Source of the DNA: Haliotis rubra
Lineage: Eukaryota
Assembly: GCF_003918875.1 (NCBI RefSeq)
Contig: NW_025767181.1
Span: 186,001 to 250,000, forward strand
Reading direction: 5' to 3'
DNA: 64,000 nt
Shown: piece by piece, positions 61,145 to 64,000 of the stretch
How positions within the stretch are numbered: the first letter of the stretch is position 1
Layout of the letters: the number at the start of each line of letters is the position of its first letter
Translations under genes and position numbers: made by a program
Notes under the pieces: model-generated
What the model was told of the DNA's origin: nothing
The model's input: only the letters and a program-made list of their open reading frames with translations
The model's database searches: none

Positions 61145-62391
61145 ACTGGCTGCCAAACAGTTATTACTGAGTAACAGTTATCACAAATACATCAGTATCA
61201 CGCATACATTGTTCTGGTCAATTACAATTCCGGTATAGGATGTTTGACTTTTCCCCCATCACTTTCCTGGCAAGGAAGACAGTCATGACCTATGAAGGTA
61301 TTCATCTGGATCTTCTGAAAGGCTGATATTTGCCACCATGTCTGAAACAGTTGTCAGTAAAACTTCCCAGGTTGGAATACACAAGTTGCCAATTCTGTTA
61401 TTGAAGCAGTTACTAATTACTAAAGTTTGCAGAGTTATTGCATATCACTGACAACAGGACGAATAACCACAATGAGGCCCTAATGAGGTTTTACAATTTT
61501 TGTCAAGGAAAGGAAGTATTTGTTAAGTGCCCATTTCATTTAATCGCTCGAAGCAATACTATCCATATTGTCCTCATATTTCCTTATTGCATGTCAGCCA
61601 GATTTTGAACTTGTCAAACTTCACCAACTTTCACAAAACATTTGATTGATGGTGCGATCCCTAGCGAGTGTCCTAAATGAAATCTTTGAAACTTTACTGG
61701 CAAGCTAACAGTTATCGCCACGTAACAGTTATCGCCAGTACATCAGTATCACACGTGCGCGGTTCCATAACGAGTGTCTCAAACGAAATCTTTGAAACAT
61801 TACTGGCAAGCGAACAGCTATTGCCACATAACAGTTATCGCGAATACATCAGCATCACACGTGCGCAGTTCCTGTCAATTACAATTCCGGTATTTTCCCC
61901 CACGGTATTTGACCACAATAAAGGACAGCAAAAGCAAATTATTCACAGTAAGTAACATAAGAGAAAAATTAAAGATAAAGAAATGAACCCTATACAAATA
62001 GCAAGTTCAACGACCTATATAATAGCAAGTTCAAGTTCACAAGTCATTAATTGTTTCATTTCCTATCAATCTACTGTAAAAGAAACACTCAAATAGTCAC
62101 ACAATCAATTATTCGAGGTTACTGTATGATATAAATATATATATATTATATCACGAATGGCATGAAAAATTCTACGTGGCGATAACTGTGTGAGAAAACA
62201 TCTATTTGTACTGCTTTGAATCCCTTCCGCCGCATTATGTAAAAACATGATCGGCGGCAGTGAATGGGCTGGACACATCGGTGAATAGCTAATTAAGTAT
62301 CATAATTAAATTTGTTTCATTAATTTAACGAAAGGCATAGTAATTTTGTAAATATCGCTAAAATATGGCGATAACTGTTGGGCAGCCAGTG
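61145..62391. mobile_element. Probable non-autonomous DNA element(s) with AACAGTTATCGCCA subterminal repeats
   Basis: ACTGGC..AACAGTTAT blocks at 61145, 61696 and 61802; inverted copy GGCGATAACTGTTGGGCAGCCAGT ending ~62391. Confidence 0.45.
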
Positions 62392-63245
62392 AATGCAATT
62401 TTACATATACATGTGCGATGTGTCTATTGCACGGAGTGATGCTCAGGTCACGGTGACCTCACTGTTGAAGGTTTTCAGTAAACATTTAAACAGAAGATTA
62501 AAACAGTCGGTGTCATGAAAAGATGACTTGAAGATGATTGAATTTCTTATTGAATACATAAGGTCCAAATACTACCCAGAAATTGAGAAACTTTTAAGAA
62601 AGTCGTATTTCACAACATTTTTTAATTAAATTCCTCTTATTTGTCTGCCAAGGGCTTTCAGTTTAGAATCCTTGATAGATTCCTGCCCATGATATGCTTA
62701 GATTCCCAGTTTTGTAAAGATCAAGACATTTATAGCCAATCTTCATCAAAAATAGAATCAATTAAGTTAAGTAACTGAGTATTGCCAAATGTAGAGGCAC
62801 ACGAACACCTATAAAAGCCATTGTTGACTTATTGTTTCATAATTTACCATCACTACATTGTGTGTTAGAGTAAAAATATCAATTTTACCTTAAAGAATTT
62901 GGAGATATGATTATTCATACCTGTTAGCACAAATTTGCCAATGAAATAAAATCCAAATGTAAGACACATTCCACATTCCATCATGTAATTGTGGTAGATA
63001 CAAGACAATCTACCAGTTTTATCATGTGTATATCATTTGTGCTTTGTATTTCTGCATGATTTAAAATGTTGGTAGACCTTTTACAAACTGAGTTTCTCTA
63101 CCAGCAATGAATGTACAAATTTTAGTTCTCTTTTATGAGCTGCTGAAACCACACTCCCTGTGTACAGCACCTTGTGTGAATTAATCAAGTATGCTGGGAA
63201 GAGGCTGATCTAGTTACACAGAAGTGGGAAATATTGTCGGACCCA

Positions 63246-63353
63246 GTCCAGACTCGATTATTTACAGACCCATGCTTGTCGTAAGATGCGACATATAGCT
63301 GGAATATTGCTGAGTGGCTGTTGATCACTGGAAAACTAACTTCACTCACTCAT
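63246..63353 (+). mobile_element. Scrambled family B SINE
   Basis: Five exact family B segments in non-collinear order, ending in TCACTCACTCA. Confidence 0.7.
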
Positions 63354-64000
63354 TACTATCAGTTTGTTCTTTTCACTTGATCTGAAACAACACACTACAA
63401 ATTCATCGAACTGTGAAGACATACTTCAACATTGTAAACATCAGGTTTTAGGAAAACACAACTACAGATATGTGAACAGACGAAGCAGAAATTAACTATT
63501 CTGTTATATATTCAGTCAGTGACATGAGGGAAGATCACTAGAGTAGGAAGGTTTTTTTAGTGTGTGTTACTGATGTACTTCCTTCATGATGATCATTAAA
63601 GTAATTCAACCATGTTGGAGTTAATTAATTAGATGATGTTTTACATTAGTGTGTGTTAGTAGAAACAACAGGAAGTAGTTCCCGATGACATCTGTATTTG
63701 TTTCTTGTGGAGTAGATGCAGTGCACACACACTATGATGTTCAGTAATGATCTGGATTCACTGTGTTCTCAGCTGTATACTAAAATATTCATTTCTCCAG
63801 CTTTGATGCAACCAAAAGTTTGAATGTAATTTTCAACAGATATTTAATATGTTTCATATGCCCAGCCCATATGATAGTATTATTATTTGAACAGGTGGCA
63901 CCTAATTGGGGAAGTTGAAAACTACACATGATTGTGAAATTACATGGAGAATGTAGCAGTACTAAGTAATTGGGAAATATAGTTGTAATTGAACTTATTC

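Overview
Eukaryotic, intron-containing animal DNA. The SINE families resemble ones I recall from gastropod molluscs such as abalone, but that assignment is inference. Bases ~4.9-47.5 kb hold a head-to-tail array of five minus-strand, single-coding-exon class A (rhodopsin-like, FMRFamide-receptor/Srw-like) GPCR genes. Four are intact and copy 2 carries a +1 frameshift. Copy 2 looks like an unequal-crossover chimera of copies 1 and 3, with the whole spacer duplicated. Copies 4 and 5 are a second duplication, dated relatively by a shared Tc1 end and a later L1/Tx1 LINE insertion with a 15-bp target-site duplication (TSD). The receptors share near-identical TM/intracellular blocks but have two very different ectodomains that keep the same four-cysteine scaffold. 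The right end holds three further genes. One is a 114-aa coiled-coil ORF. One is a phase-consistent four-exon 835-aa orphan membrane protein with an RVxF motif and a BH3-like motif. The third, head-to-head with it, is the first coding exon of an acid-lipase (LIPA/LIPF family) gene. The rest is SINEs of three families, MITEs, degraded LINE/Tc1/R4-like elements and several minisatellites, one of which arose inside a SINE. No CRISPR array, rRNA or convincing tRNA gene was seen.
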